Of a stretch of 64,000 nucleotides of DNA, positions 36,003-49,782 are shown in pieces; position 1 is the stretch's first letter; each line of letters starts with the position of its first letter. The position numbers and the translations under genes were made by a program. The DNA is taken from contig NC_057718.1 in NCBI RefSeq assembly GCF_004010195.1, positions 42,422,901-42,486,900 on the forward strand, in the 5' to 3' direction. Below the pieces are notes generated by a model. The model worked only from the letters and a program-made list of their open reading frames with translations. It had not been told where the DNA came from and searched no databases. The stretch comes from Chiloscyllium plagiosum. Taxonomy: Eukaryota.

Positions 36003-37321
36003 CAATAGATGGATTTTTCTTAGCTTTGTAATGGAGTCAAGGAGTCTGATAAGGTAGCAGTTATCCACATTACAGCTTTAAATTATTTATGTAATTGCCC
36101 AGATCAAAGAAAAGTTGGAAAACAATAAGTAAACAAGAAGTATCCATGTATTTTTCAGAACAAAGGATGGATTTAGGATTTGTACTCAGGGAGTTGAAAT
36201 CTTTATCCGTAACATCACAAATGTGCCAGATAATCGGGGGACAGGTTGTAGGGGTTGTCCTCTTTTGATTTTGTTTATTTGTGTGAATTTTCACTGCTAT
36301 AGGCAGGCTTGGAGCTGGAGCAGTTTGGAAATCAGCAGAGAATTAAAAAGATACCAAGAACTGTTGACCACTAGCAAGAAGGCAATGAGCCCCATGCTTG
36401 TATTTGTACGTTCTCAATTATGAAATGTTTAAGGAGAGTTAGAACATCATCTGACCAAGTGTTTGTGGAAGAACCCCAACAAGTCTCAAACCTTGGACAC
36501 TGCAAACTCAAACGTGGATTCCTAAAAGCTACAAGCACACTTTTGGTTTGGTCTGAGGAAGAGCAAAGGAATGTTCAAGATCTTAGCAAGTATAGGGAGC
36601 ACTTGGGTGAAATGAAAATAGAAAGGTGAATGACCAATTTATATTTTCAGATTAAAAAAAATAAGGGTTTACAAAATATGATAGTTTAGTATTCATGCTT
36701 TTTGAAAACAATTCTTCTACGCTTAAAATTTGTTTAAAATCCAAAACCTTGAAGTGTCATCCTTTCAGTTGATAACTGAGTTCAGTTTTGTTTTTAGAAG
36801 TAAATGTTTTTACTCAAGATTGTAAGAAATTGTTTTCTGGGTGACAATTTTGTAGATTTTTTTGTTGAATAAAATTGGAGATAAAGTTTTAAAATAGCAC
36901 AATTTGTACTTGAATCATTCTTCTAATTGTAAAGGAGTAAAACAGATTTAAACTGTTAAGTATCATGAGAGGCATCAATGAATGACTACAACTGCTGCAA
37001 GGATTGAACCTATGCCGTTTGTGCTCCACACTATAGCTATTAACCAATTGAGTTAACCAATTCTCATCACAACTATGAAACAGGATGCAGGCAAAATATC
37101 TGTAGAAATGTAAATTACAGATGGAGTGAAAATTGATAAATAGGTTATACTGTAAAAGCTGGCTTTGTTTAGACCAGTTAAGTTGCCAGACTTGGATGGC
37201 TTGCATCCAATATTGATAAAGAAAGTGTGTTGTAAATTGCAGAAAACCTTGCCACAACTTTCCTTGTCGTTACAGAGGTGCCATAGGGTTGGAAAGTAGC
37301 GAATATGACATCCTTTTTCAG

Positions 37322-37510
37322 GATTTGGAGAAGCTGGCAGTGGACTGGGGTGTACAGAGTTAAAAATCACACAACACCAGGTTATAGTCCAACAGGTTTA
37401 ATTAGAAGCACTGGCTTTCGGAGTGCTGCTCCTTCATCAGGTGGTTGTGGAGTAAGACACTTTGTGAAGGAGCAGCGCTCCGAAAGCTAGTGCTTCCAAT
37501 TACACCTGTC
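37322..37510. mobile_element. PLE family C terminal repeat (minus) with a short inverted plus copy
   Basis: Reverse complement of 61880-62010. 37464-37510 is inverted relative to 37390-37437. Confidence 0.8.
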
Positions 37511-37679
37511 GAACTTCCAAGTTGATGATCTATCTCAACCTTCTCCTGAGGCCCCAGCATCACCAATGCCAAAATTCAGCCATGGCATTGGACACTGCAA
37601 GGGCTATGGCCCCCGACAACAGAGAGTAAAAGAAGTGAAGACTTGTGCTCTATAACTACCTGCACCCTAGGACAAGTTT

Positions 37680-37975
37680 AGATTAGACTAGATTACTTAC
37701 AATGTTGAAACAGGCCTTCAACCCAACAAGTTCACACCAACCCTCCGAAGAGCAACCCACCCAGACCCATTCCCCTACATTTACCCCTTCACCTAATTCT
37801 ACAGGCAGTTTAGCATGGCCAATTCACCTGACCTGCACATTTTGGACTGTGGGAGGAAACCGGAGCACCCGGAGGAAACCCGTACAGACACGGGAAGAAT
37901 GTGCAAACTCCACACAGACAGTCGCCTGAGACAGGAATTGAACCCAGGTCTCTGGCATTGTGCTACCGTGTCGCC
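37680..37975 (-). mobile_element. HE1-type SINE
   Basis: (GATTA)n tail and core matching the reverse complement of the 17866 copy. Confidence 0.88.
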
Positions 37976-38029
37976 TGTTATTCCGATACAGATACAACAC
38001 TGGTACCCTCTTGGCAATATGGAAAATTC

Positions 38030-38291
38030 AGAGAAAGTGAGGACTGCAGATGCTGTAGATCGGTTCAAGAGTGTGGTGCTGGAAAAGCACAGCAGGTCAG
38101 GCAGCATGTGAGGAGCAGGAGAATCAATGTTTCTGGTATAAGACCTTCATCAGGAATGGGCTTTTATCTGATGAAATTATCTGATTTCGGGCATAAGGCT
38201 TCCTGATGAAGGGCTTATGCCTGAAATGTTGATTCTCCTGCTCCTCGGGTGCTGTCTGACCTGCTGTGCTTTTCCAGCACCACACTCATAC
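38030..38291. mobile_element. Head-to-head PLE family A terminal-repeat fold-back
   Basis: 38069-38154 inverted against 38200-38287. TSD CAATATGGAAAA (38015-38026 and 38292-38303). Confidence 0.85.
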
Positions 38292-41200
38292 CAATATGGA
38301 AAACTCCCCAGGTACTTCCTGTCCACAAAAGACAAGACAAATCCAGCTAAAACATTTGCTGACTCATTGTCTATTCTCAATCATGAGCAAAATGATGGAT
38401 TGTGCTATCAAATGGCACTTGTGCAACTATAATCTGCTCCACGATGTTTGGTTTGATTTCCCCCTGGCCAACGAGCTCCTTGGTCCAAACGTAAACAAAA
38501 GAGCTGAGCTCAGGAGAGGAAGTGAGGGTGAATTCTTTTGACATCAAGGCAACTTTTGACAGTGTGTTGCGTCAAGGAGCCTAGCAAAATTGATGAATGG
38601 GAATCGGAGGTAAACCTCTGTGCAGGTTGACTTCATACCTAGCACTATTGACCAGACGTTTAACAGGATTGACCACTAAATATGGCAGCCATAAGAGGAG
38701 TGCAGGCACTGGATATTCTGTGGTGAATGACTCACTTCTTAAATCCCCAGTACCTTTCCACCATCCACAAGGCATTGTATAGAGTTTGAAGGAATACCCT
38801 CCATTTGCCAGAATGATCGCAACTCCAAGAACTCTCAATAAGCTGGATGCCATTCAGAAAAAAAGCAGTCTGCTTCTCCATTTTCCATTTTAAATGTTCT
38901 TTCCTTCTACAAGATAGCTATAGTGTGTGCCATTTGTAAGTTGTACTGCTTGACACACCAAATGCTTCTTTGGTAGCATTTCCCACCAGTAAACTCAAAC
39001 TCTCCAGTGACAAGAGTAACAATATATGGGAGTACGATTATGTACAAACTCTACTCCAAGTCTCTCACAACCTTAACTTGGAAATATATTGTTGTTCCGA
39101 ATGCTTGGAGTCACCTACCTGACAGTACTGAGGTAGGTGATTTGTATGAATTGGAGGGGATCCAGAAGGGTCTTGCCGACATCTTGCATGGGCAATTCCA
39201 GATGACCATGCTGTGAATGACTAAGTTGAACCACCTTTTTAAAAGACTATATGAGAAATTCTTGGAAAAGATTTTTTTCTTTTCTTCATTCACGATTTTT
39301 CAACAAAGATATATAAGTAAGCAAACCTCATACCTAACATTGATTAGAAAGGAAACATTTTCCACAGCTCTTGCTCCTAACTCTCCCCTTGCCCACTACT
39401 CTTCCAGGGCAAACTGGATAGTGCACAAGCAACAGGAACTCTGCTGGGTTTTAAACTTACTCTTACCATTGCCACGACAATGTCTCGGCAATATTATTTT
39501 CCTACTCGCTTTTCTTACTAAATCTGTCATTTATCTCTGTTACCTCATGATTTAACTATTTTAAGTAGAATACCTTCCTTGTTGACCTCCAACTTCCCCT
39601 CTATACAAACACCAGCTTGTGGAAAACTCTTCCATCTGCATTCTGCCCTGCATTAAATCTCATTCATTCATCGTCTTTCTCCTCACTGACCTCTACTGGC
39701 CATTACCAAATTCAGAATTCTTGTCCTTGTTTGCAACTTCCTTTGTGGTTTCATCTGACCTAACTCTGCAGGCTTCCTTCAGCCTTTTGGCTAAACCATC
39801 ATTTAATAATTTTCTAAGACTTATTTGGGTCCTACAGGCTGTAATTCATTTCCTGAATGTCTCTGCCTACTATACTTTTAAAGAACATACAAACCTATCC
39901 TAACTCAGTATAAACTGAGTCTTTTAAATCTTGGACCTGTAGTCAGCCTCTTATGTGAAACACCATAAAATATCTAATCATGTTGATAATATGATACAAT
40001 CTTTTAGTTTTTAATTTATCTTGCATTGATAACGCATTTGAAATATTGTTCAAAATTAGCTAATATACTCATTAATTTATATTGTTCTTCTCAATTTAGA
40101 TTGTGATTTTTTTTCTCCTATTTTATAATCTATTTTTCTTTAGTTTCATTTCATATTCCCTACTTCTACTAATTGGCTATGAAGAGATTATCTAATGCCT
40201 TAATTATTCCTTGAACAAGGTGTGGAAAGTGATTGAAGAGGGAACTAATTGACTAACCTTATTGTTTTCTTTGCCACTTTTTTTCTGTCATTAGTGTAAT
40301 TTGCCTTGGATTAAGCACGTACTTTATAGGAAATCTGCAAAATCAGCTTGGGATGCCATTGTCTGTTGGAGCATTTCACCCCACTTTTCCACTTTCTAGT
40401 TGTCAATTTACACCTACTTTTCCTGCAAATCTCATAATTGTGTTGTGGGATCTTTGAGGTTTTCCTGAGAAGCCAAACAAGGACTTTTGTGGATTAAAGA
40501 TTTTAAAGGAGCTATGGCAGAGAGCAGCAACTATGTTTGAAAATGTATGAAAATCCCAGTATCAGAGTTTTTATAAAAGAGTGATTGCAAAAAACAGCAG
40601 CTGCTACTAAGAAAAACGTAAAAAGTGTCATCAGAACTCAAAATGTGACATTATATTGTAAGTGAGGAACAGAGTCCTGTGTTTAATTTACTATTTTTCT
40701 ATTTAGTACGAGCATAATTCAGATATTCCAATGACCTGACAGTCATTTTTCCAGTGTAAGTGGGAGTTGGGCCGAGGGATCCCGTGGAATGCCTGTTGTA
40801 ACATATTGTGAAGGAATTGGCCAAAAATTTCAAGCAAGTTTCTATATGCCTGGACCCACCCCACCCTGAAAGCCTCCATTTAAGTCAAAAAACTCTGGGG
40901 GTTCTGATGCAACTAAACAAATAGTTACTCAGGAAAAGTCTGAGTGTTAAGTACATCATCTAACTTCATATCCCCAACTACACCTCTCCCCAAATCACTT
41001 GGACCACTGGATCTTATCCAACAATGCACAAGACCTGACACCCATTTCTCTTACCACTGGACATGCCCCCTGCTTCCCCCATTCTTCAGTTGACTCCCCT
41101 TCTACTGCTGGACATGCTTCCCACTTGAACCCATCACCCACCCTCCATGCGGAATGCAATTTCTCCCACTCAGTCTGTCGTATCCTAAGCATCTCGCCAC

Positions 41201-43234
41201 CTACCTGGCAACCTATGTTATGCCATTTGATAGCTTATCCCTTGGCACTCTATCTAGCTGGCACCCTACCACCTCTACCCATCTAACACCCTATACTTCC
41301 AGCACCCTAACAACATAGCTTTTTAGCTTGCCTCTTGACAGCAGCTGTCAAAGTGGCTGCCTGGACCTCATATTTCAGAGTACTACAGCTGACTGCTGTG
41401 AAATATAAGCTTCTGCATCATAAGAGAACTGTTGTAATGGAAGTACCGCTTTACATTTTTAAAGGACCTCTGATCAAAATCTAATCACAGAAATGCTTAG
41501 TTCTCTGCTCTCTCAAAAAAAAATGAAGTGGCAATCTGCATGAGATAGTCATGCTTTGGAAAATCTTTCAGGTTAACAAGTAGATAAAACGCCTTCAGTT
41601 TTAATTTGGGATATTTTCTGTATTCTGGAAGCCAAGACCGAACACAAGTACCTGCAGCAAATGTTCCAGGAATGCAAATAGCAGAAAACTTGGAGGCCAC
41701 GATGGCCAATAATAAGAAACTGTAGCTTAAAGTGAAATAAGTTTTAGTTATTTCCCAAAGTATTTACTGTCTTGTAACTGGTAGAATTTTCTTTCCTTTG
41801 GATATTAATGAAAACACAAATACAAATGTCAAAGCATTTAATCCTATCCAGACTAAGTGTGAAAAAAGTGATATGTATCTTGTTGGTTTTACTTGAGATC
41901 TGCCGAAAATGTTGCAGAAGCTTGTCTACCCAATTGTTTACCTTTTGCTATTATACACTTTGGTATTGTGTCCCTCTTAATATAGCTTTGTAGAATCATA
42001 AAGACCACACTGCCCTTTACTAAATACTTGACTATGGTTGACCAGTAACAGATCAGCTCATTCTACCAGCATATGTTTCTGAGGCATCCCATTTAAATTG
42101 TTTTAAATTGGTATATCCTCCAGTCACCTGAAGAATGAAGTTAATTCATTTTATTATTACTGGCTTATATAAGTGCAGGTATGTTTCACCTCCCAGGCCT
42201 TTTGAACCCTCCGATTGCATCCCACCGACCTTCTCATCTTGACACCAGATTTACCTCTAAGCTCCCTATGTGGTGGAATTACTTGTAGTCCCAGCAGTAG
42301 CAGCCGCTCCTGGCTAGGACTGCTGGAGCTAGAGAGCTGCAAGCCAATTAGATTGGTTAGCAACCTTCTAAGGCAGAATTTTCTCCAAAGATAAAGACAG
42401 AAGCCTTAGCTTAAAGCACTTAGTGATACTCCCAGCTTTAAATTGCTTTGGGGCCACTGTCGTGATCATGGGTGGGCGGCCCACTGACATTTTAGATGTG
42501 AAGATTGGGAAACAGGAACTGTGGCCATTGACTTAATAGTATAACATAGCTCATTTATTTGACTGCCAAAATTATAAGTTTTTTTAGCATTAGAAACTTT
42601 TCTTACGTTGTATTTAGGAATACTACCGTTGCTTCATGTGAATAAGTCTTGCTACATTGTCTTTTAATGTCTGTAAATGTGCAGTCAAATTGTAGACTGG
42701 GTTGATGGTAAAATTCTATAATGATTTTTTTCTGATATTGCGTGCATATATAAAATAAATATGTGCACAGACAGATCTGTGCTACTCATCTTGATTCAAA
42801 AGAAACCATCACATAAACATATTTTCTCTAAACAATATATTTTGAATATCAAAATAGAATTGTACCTATAATGGCTTCCCTACTCAATTGCTTTCAACCG
42901 CTGATAAAACAAAAGATTGCTCCTACCATTTAACAAAAGGAATCTTGGCAATGTTTAACAGTCCTGAACATTATGCAAACCTGTCGTTGTACTTGAGTTT
43001 AAACTATGAAGTTGATTAGATCTGACACGTGGATTCAATAGTGTCTGTTTTAATCAACAGTTGTGACTCTGTTTTGAAGGTGACCTCTTAAAGAAGTGTG
43101 TTGTTAGAATTATCAGGAGTCAATCTACAGAGACGTGGAAAAGTTAGATCTTAGAAAGAGGCCATTCAGTCCACTATCTACACTGGCAGAATAAAGAAAC
43201 TACCAGTGTAATTCGATTTCCAGTACCTGCTCTA

Positions 43235-43550
43235 TAGTTTTATAAATTCACTTGCTGGCCAGCGTTTTTTGCCCTGGAGAAACTGGTGGTGAGCTGCCGC
43301 CTTTGACCACTGCTGTGCTGTTGGTAGACCCACAATGCACTTAGAGAGGGAATCCTGGCATTTTGACCCAGCGACAATGCAGGAACAAAAATATATTTCC
43401 AAGTCAGGATGGGAGTGGCTTGGAGGGTAACTTGCAAGTTGTGATATTCCCTTGCAGCTGCTGCTGTTGTCCTTCTTGATGGAAATAGTTATCAGTTTGG
43501 ATGGTGCTGCCCAAGGATCTTTGGTGAATTTTTGACTCCAGCATTTCAAC
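43235..43550 (-). mobile_element. Old LINE/SINE 3' tail fragment (CR1/L2-type tail)
   Basis: Minus-strand …TILTWKYI…LGQN… tail, similar to 28490-28590 and 39050-39210. Confidence 0.55.
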
Positions 43551-46183
43551 TGCAGATTTTGATTCCTTTTAAAAGAGTTAAGGATTTTGGTCAATATATA
43601 TACACACTACCAAATTCCTTAAGAGTTAGTTCTGTCTGTCTTGTATGAAATGTAGTTAAACAAATTTACGGTAAGATACAAGTCAGCTAATCTTAGGCAT
43701 AACATTAAGCTTTGTCATAAGTCATTATCTTAGAGGGTGAGGGGAAGAAATTAAGTCCTATTTAATGTATTTTGATATACCCAAGTCGACTGTAGTATAA
43801 TGATCCATATTGGTCGAGTACAGCAGATTAAGAGGACACAGAAGATTTGCTGTTGATACATGAGAGTATAACCACAATAATATATAAATGTTCGCAAGTG
43901 GTTAAATAAGGAGGGCACTTTAATTGCCAATAATGTGTTTAGTTAGAGGTTTAATACTTGATTAAAATTGTTATGTTTAATCAATTGCATATGCTTAATT
44001 TAACTGCAGTTATTTACTATCAGCAAAGCTAAAATATCAGTTACATTATGGAAGTGTAAACAGGACAAATTATAAAAATGTTTCACCTGTTTTCAGACAA
44101 CATGGTTAAAATTTATAACACCCGGTTTCTTGTAAATTATGGCTGTGTGGAGCCATTTGATTTAGTTTGTCTGCAGTGATGAGAATATATGAAATTTTGA
44201 ATTAGTATTGATGCCAAAAAAGAAAGCTTGTAAATTAGTTGAGGCCAGTTTTAAGTACCAAAAGACAATGATTGGATTGAAGAATTCCATTTCAGACGAC
44301 ACTAACTGCCACACCAAGAGCAGTCTTCGGGTAGATCAAGTGAGGTGGAAGGACAGCAAAAAGTTAGCAACTCTCAACAACTGTCAGGATTGCTGTGGAG
44401 CTTGGGGATGCAATTCAGTTCTTGGTGGAAGCAGCAACCGCATGGAAGCCTGATGCCTGCTCCAATGAAAACTGTCCAGTTTGTTAGAGGGGTCCTCAAA
44501 TTATTTTTAATCCCTTCATTATTAAATGTAAGGAGCTCTAATTTAGTTTTGGTTAGAATCCTTAGCAAAGGATGCAATACTCTGTAAGAGGTATCTCAAG
44601 GCCTAACAGCCATGGACAATAGGATACACAGTTTTGGACACCAGGAAAACATGTTTTTTTTCCAAAAAAAGGGAAATTTTAATTTTCACGTGTTTTGGGA
44701 GTTCGTTTACTGTTAGTGGATTTAGGCAGAAAGTGACTTCAGATTAAATGGCTGTTAAGATCGACTGAACTTCGGACTTAGCAGTTTATTCACTTGCTTT
44801 GAAACCTGCACGCATCATACTCATTAGGTGCAATGTGGTTTGAATAAGCTATACCATATTTCATAATGAGCAATATTTAGTCAATAATTACGGCGCATCT
44901 TGCAAACAGTGACCATAAACTGATGTTAAACTCTATCACATTATGAAAAGTTACAAAAGCTAGAGTTCAATCCTAAGTAAGGTTTACTTCGGAAGAAGGA
45001 GACAAAAGTTTAACAAGTTGAATTGAACTGAGCTGTTAACAGATAAACATGTTAACATCAAAAACACAGTGGGAGAAACTCTAGGAAGTATTTAAGATAA
45101 TATTTATTAGGACAGTATTCATAAGAACAATTCATATCCTTGTCTAACATTTGGTAGGCATCCTTGGAGCACAGGGCATTAATAATGTACATTATTATGC
45201 TAATTTTATGGGCATAAAATAGCAATGAGACCCAATTTCTACCTGAGGTGTTTGACGTTGTAAATTGATCACAGGGTGAGTAAGAATTAAAAATTTGCTA
45301 GGACTGGGCGTAAGAATTGGATTCATTTTCCTAGTCTAGGATGGGATAGAACAGCACAACTGGTTACCATTCCACTATCCATCAATCGCACCAAAAAGTT
45401 AATGTTTGTAACTTTGTGTCAGAATAGATTTCTTCCACAGTCAGGTAACGCTGTATTTAAATAAGGCCAATAAGAGAAGGCATTGATACTGTGGAGCCTC
45501 AGGATAAACTGCAATGCCAAATACCTAGCAGGAAATCTGTACTTCAAGGCTTCAGGTGCGACTTGCCACATGATAATCCCCTTTCTCTAACCAACATTCT
45601 TTCTGAATGTGGTTAGGCAGGGAATTTTGAAATTTATTCTTTTGTCTTTAGAAAGATATGGCAGAGATAGATGGGGTGAAAGGAGCATTAACACTGGCAT
45701 AGGTCTATGGACTGAATGTTTCTGAAAAGAAAGACATTTAGGGGGGACTTTTCTGTGAAAGAGAATTGTAAGTATGGTGGCCTTTAGTCGAAATCAAAGC
45801 TCTGCAGATTAGCAACTCCCTGGTATAATGCTTCCTCTGGGAGCAATACCAAAACTGTTATAGTGAAATGTGCTTTGTAACAAGCGTTTTACAACTTTAT
45901 TAATCAGATAGACAGAACAGCTTTGTTTCTATCTCGTGTGTTTTCAGCAAGATTTTTTTTGGTTTTAGACTGGCAGAGCAACATACCGAAATGGTTTGCT
46001 GTCCTTATAGTGCAAAGAAATGCAGTTCATCCACTGTTCTTGTTCATGTTTTATGTAAAAAAATTCATCTTCTAGTCCATACTTGTAATTTTTTCATTTG
46101 TAATTAAAGCAGTGATACTAAGTAACATTTCTCCATTTAATCGCTGATCAATTTATTTGTTTTTTGTTTCTATTTATTTTAAG

Positions 46184-46888
46184 GCCCTGCAGAGCAATGG
46201 AGGAGCTGGTTCATGATCTGGTCTCTGCTTTGGAAGAAACCTCTGAACACATGAGGGGATGTCCAGAGTTTGGCGATGAAGCATCCCGGAATTCAGCTGC
46301 ATCCCTTCTAAAGCGCCAGGCTAGGAAAAGGAGAGGCAAAAAGAGGAGGTCAGAAAGTGGACATCACATTTGGGAGCATGGCCACTGCATGAGTGAAGGC
46401 TCCGAATCTAGCTTTGATGAGGCAATCCGGGACTACAAAGAAAATAACACTTACAGTGACTCAGATGACCACTTGATAGTTGCCAAACGTCTGTCATCCC
46501 TGAACGTAACAGCCATTAGGGGAAAGCGGCATTCATGGCACGAGTCTGATTCTGTCACCGACAGTAACTTAGGTGGTAGATCTTTGCGAAGGAGAAGGAA
46601 GGTCAAACGTATGGCTGTAGATCCACCAGCAGAGGTCAGTAATGTACTTCACCCACTGCCCCAGGGCAAAGCTCCAGTCTTGGACTTGAACAGACACCAG
46701 GCACAACCAAACCAACTCTGCTTCCAACTCCAAGTCCAGGAGATCAGTAAGGACAAGATCATCAAGAGAAAACGGCTAGAAGTCCCAGATGATGGAGTTG
46801 TTGTGGAAAGTGAAGAAATGTGCAATACAAATAAGAACAAAATGGAGTATGAGGAACAGAAAGGCTCAGATGATAACATGAGTGACAG
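46184..46888 (+). CDS. GPATCH2: GPATCH2 (G-patch domain-containing protein 2) coding exon 2, 705 nt
   Basis: Polypyrimidine tract plus AAG| acceptor; donor AG|GTTATT. Translation includes MEELVHDLVSALEE, KRQARKRRGKKRRS, SDSDD, WHESD, LRRRRKVKRMAVD and KMEYEEQKGSDDNMSD, all matching vertebrate GPATCH2. Confidence 0.96.
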
Positions 46889-49566
46889 GTTATTAAGATT
46901 AAGTTGCAGGTTATCTATGCTGAGACAAGTTTTGTATTTAAATATAACTGCAGGGTTTGAAATACTTTCAGCAGAAGTGCTAGTACTTGTTCACATTAAA
47001 TTTCAAATCTGCACACCAGGGAGCACTCAAGTTGCAACAAAATTGTGGAGTTACAAATAATTTCTGACCACTACTCTTGAATAATCATTTTATTTATTTT
47101 GGCGTTTGGATATAGTGATTTAGATATTAATGTGTATTTGTCAGATATACTTAATCTACTTGGCAATAAATATACATAAACATTCACTACTTCTGTATGC
47201 AGTGATGTAACTGCATGGCTAAAGTATTTCAATCCCTGTACATAACATTTTGTGTACTAATACAAAACTACTGGAGCTGCCATTCAATACCTGTACTAAT
47301 TACAATGATTTCTTTTTAGTGATAATAGGAGAATTCTTTGCAGAATTGTCTTAGTCATTTCAAATGATAGAGTTTTTGGTAAATATTTATCAATAGAAGT
47401 ATTGTTTTTGGTTTTGATTTTCAGGAGGGAAATACATTGTGCTGGGCTGTGGAATAATTACAATCTTTCATGGCTGATCTACTATGTTAAAAACTAAACA
47501 ACAAATTTACCATTGTAATTATCTCATTTATGAAATAGAATTAAGATTAACAAATTAAAGATTTAAAGTTAGGTCCACCATCCACAATGCCAGCATGGTA
47601 ACCAATCATATAGAAAGTGATGATCAGTCTTTGTCAGCTGCTGTGGCCCAACTAATCTTACAATTGTTCAAAGTTATTTATGCTCCATTATTGTGGTGCA
47701 TTGAAGGGCTGTAACAAAACAGGATATTGAAAAGATATTAATGTTTTGTGGAACAATTTTTAAAGTGTTAAAACATGATACCACAACAGCTATGCATTAC
47801 AGTTGTCTAAGTACAACTTACATTCAAGTGAGAGAAGATCTGCTGTCCTATGAGTGATTTATACAGACTCATTTCCCGGCCATATGGAGTAAATAAGCCA
47901 TTGTTTTTATTCTTGCAGGAGGCGAATATAATTGGTTATTTGGGGCAAGGAGGGATTATAATTCTGTTGCATGATTGAATGGCCCATATTTTGCAGTTGT
48001 AATGATAGTAAACCTCTGTGATCACCATCATTACTGCTCTGAAGTTAATTTAATCATTTGGAATCCTCATTTGTATAGCTAAATCCAGAAGTTGCAGAAA
48101 GTGATTCCCCAGAGCGTACACTGTTGAAAGAGCTTTCCCTCGACTTCAATCATATAGAAATCACAAAGTTAATGATAAGTTGCCCTTTTATGCTATTAGT
48201 TTTACTGGAGAAATATTTGAAAATCTTCCGCCACCATATTGAATGATGTAATTGACCTTCTAACAGTTTTTTCATTGATAATTGCTACTAAATAATCTCA
48301 TTCATCCTAAAAGATAGCAGCTTCATATTTATGTCATAGCAAATTTATCCAATTTATTTTAAAATTCATATTTCACAGTAAACAAATGTTTTATTTTATG
48401 TCAACTTCACCCTTAACACCATATGTATGTCCCAACTATTATTTCACTCTCTGTAAAATCTTAATTAAAATTCAGTCCATTTTACTTCCTGATTTGCTGT
48501 TTGAGAATACTTCAATATAATTGGCTGCTTGCCGTGTTTGGTGGCATCTCACTGCTGCTGAAGGCCTGGGGATTCCCTTGAAAATGACCCCAAATTCAGA
48601 ATGATGTTATGAAAGACTTCATGCCCAAATGGCCACTAGATTTTTATAGACAATTATCTTTGAAGTCAGGGCTGAGCATGAAGTCTGGGCCAATGTAATT
48701 ACATTGGATTGTAAATAAGTTTTTTTTCTTTCATTGACTCCTCACACATTGTTCACTACATACTATTTATTGACTAAGAAATTTACCAGTAGTGCTTTGT
48801 AACTTGCTGATTGAAAATCTCAGAGTTGGTGGGTTCGTACTACTTTTTTTCAACTTTAATGAGAACCAACTTTACTATATTTTGCGCTTGCCACAGATCT
48901 ATGTTGGCATCATGACCATGAAGGAAATGTAGCTATTTGGTGATTGCAATTCCATTTTAAAGCATTACCATCTGGCAGTGTCTTCTATTATTCAATTCAA
49001 GCTGATGGAATTGCAGTGTGGTGGCCTTTATCACTAATCTTATCCTATCTGATTCCATACTCCTCTGGCACTTCTTTGAGCTATCAGCTTGTTCCACCTC
49101 TCCCAGTTCTGAGTTGAAGTCTTTATTTTCTCATTGCTCCCCTCAGCTCCATGCTATGTTTTTTCAGCGTAAGCTATTTTCCTTCCTCAGATACTTGAAC
49201 AAGTGACTTCACTCCATTTCAACTCCTGTTTTTCTCTCTTCTGAGTTTACTAAATCTCTCCCATATAAATTCTCCTCCTCCTATTCATAACAATCCCTTG
49301 ATCTGATATGGTTTTGCTAAACCAATATTTTCTTGTGTATTCCCATTGCTTCAATGCTATATAAAATCATCTCTGATAATGCCTTGTGAACTCACAGCCA
49401 TTTTCTGCTTCCTTCAGTGGTGGCCTTAGGGAAGAACTCTTTGTCCAAGTCACCTTTGCAACAATGATTTAAAATTGTTTACTTCCTAACTATTTGCTCT
49501 TCATTCACCATTCTTCCATGCAGTTACTGGTCTGCTCAATCTTACCCTCACCTCAATCTTTTAATG

Positions 49567-49782
49567 GAGAAAGTGAGGTCTGCAGATGCTGGAGATCAGA
49601 GCTGAAAATGTGTTGCTGGAAGAACGCAGCAGGTCAGGCAGCATCCAGGGAACAGGAGAATCGACGTTTTGGGCACAAGCCCTTCTTTAGGCCATTCCTG
49701 AAGAAGGGCTTGTGCCCGAAACGTTGATTCTCCTGTTCCCTGGATGCTGCCTGACCTGCTGCGCTCTTCCAGCAACACATTT
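49567..49782. mobile_element. Head-to-head PLE family A terminal-repeat fold-back
   Basis: About 90-bp arms (49604-49691 vs 49697-49785). Direct repeat TCACCTCAATCTTTTAATG (49548-49566 and 49783-49801). Confidence 0.9.
49694..49730 (+). ncRNA. Minimal hammerhead ribozyme motif (PLE family A)
   Basis: CTGAAGA-A-GGGC TTGT GCCC-GAA-ACGT-T-GATTC. The opposite arm keeps ACGTC but has a mutated core. Confidence 0.65.

Larger units (their letters stand above)
37510..39220 (+). mobile_element. Old CR1/L2-clade LINE RT remnant hosting younger HE1 and PLE insertions
   Basis: KAMGPD-like motif near 37600 and DIKATFDSV…GALAKL…MGIGGKPL near 38540-38640. Confidence 0.6.

Noticed and set aside
33800..36850. 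Further LTR-like segments around 33.8-34.6 kb and 36.2-36.8 kb
   Set aside because: Repeat-like in character, but I could not define termini or TSDs.
46184..46888. Assignment to the paralogue GPATCH2L
   Set aside because: The upstream MF…W exon, the SSLSSSDAGLFTNDEGRQ exon and the adjacency to SPATA17 favour GPATCH2.
46164..47060. 298-aa single-exon gene
   Set aside because: Only 46184-46888 is GPATCH2-like. The ends are intronic, and splice sites join the exon in frame to 30823 and 54410.
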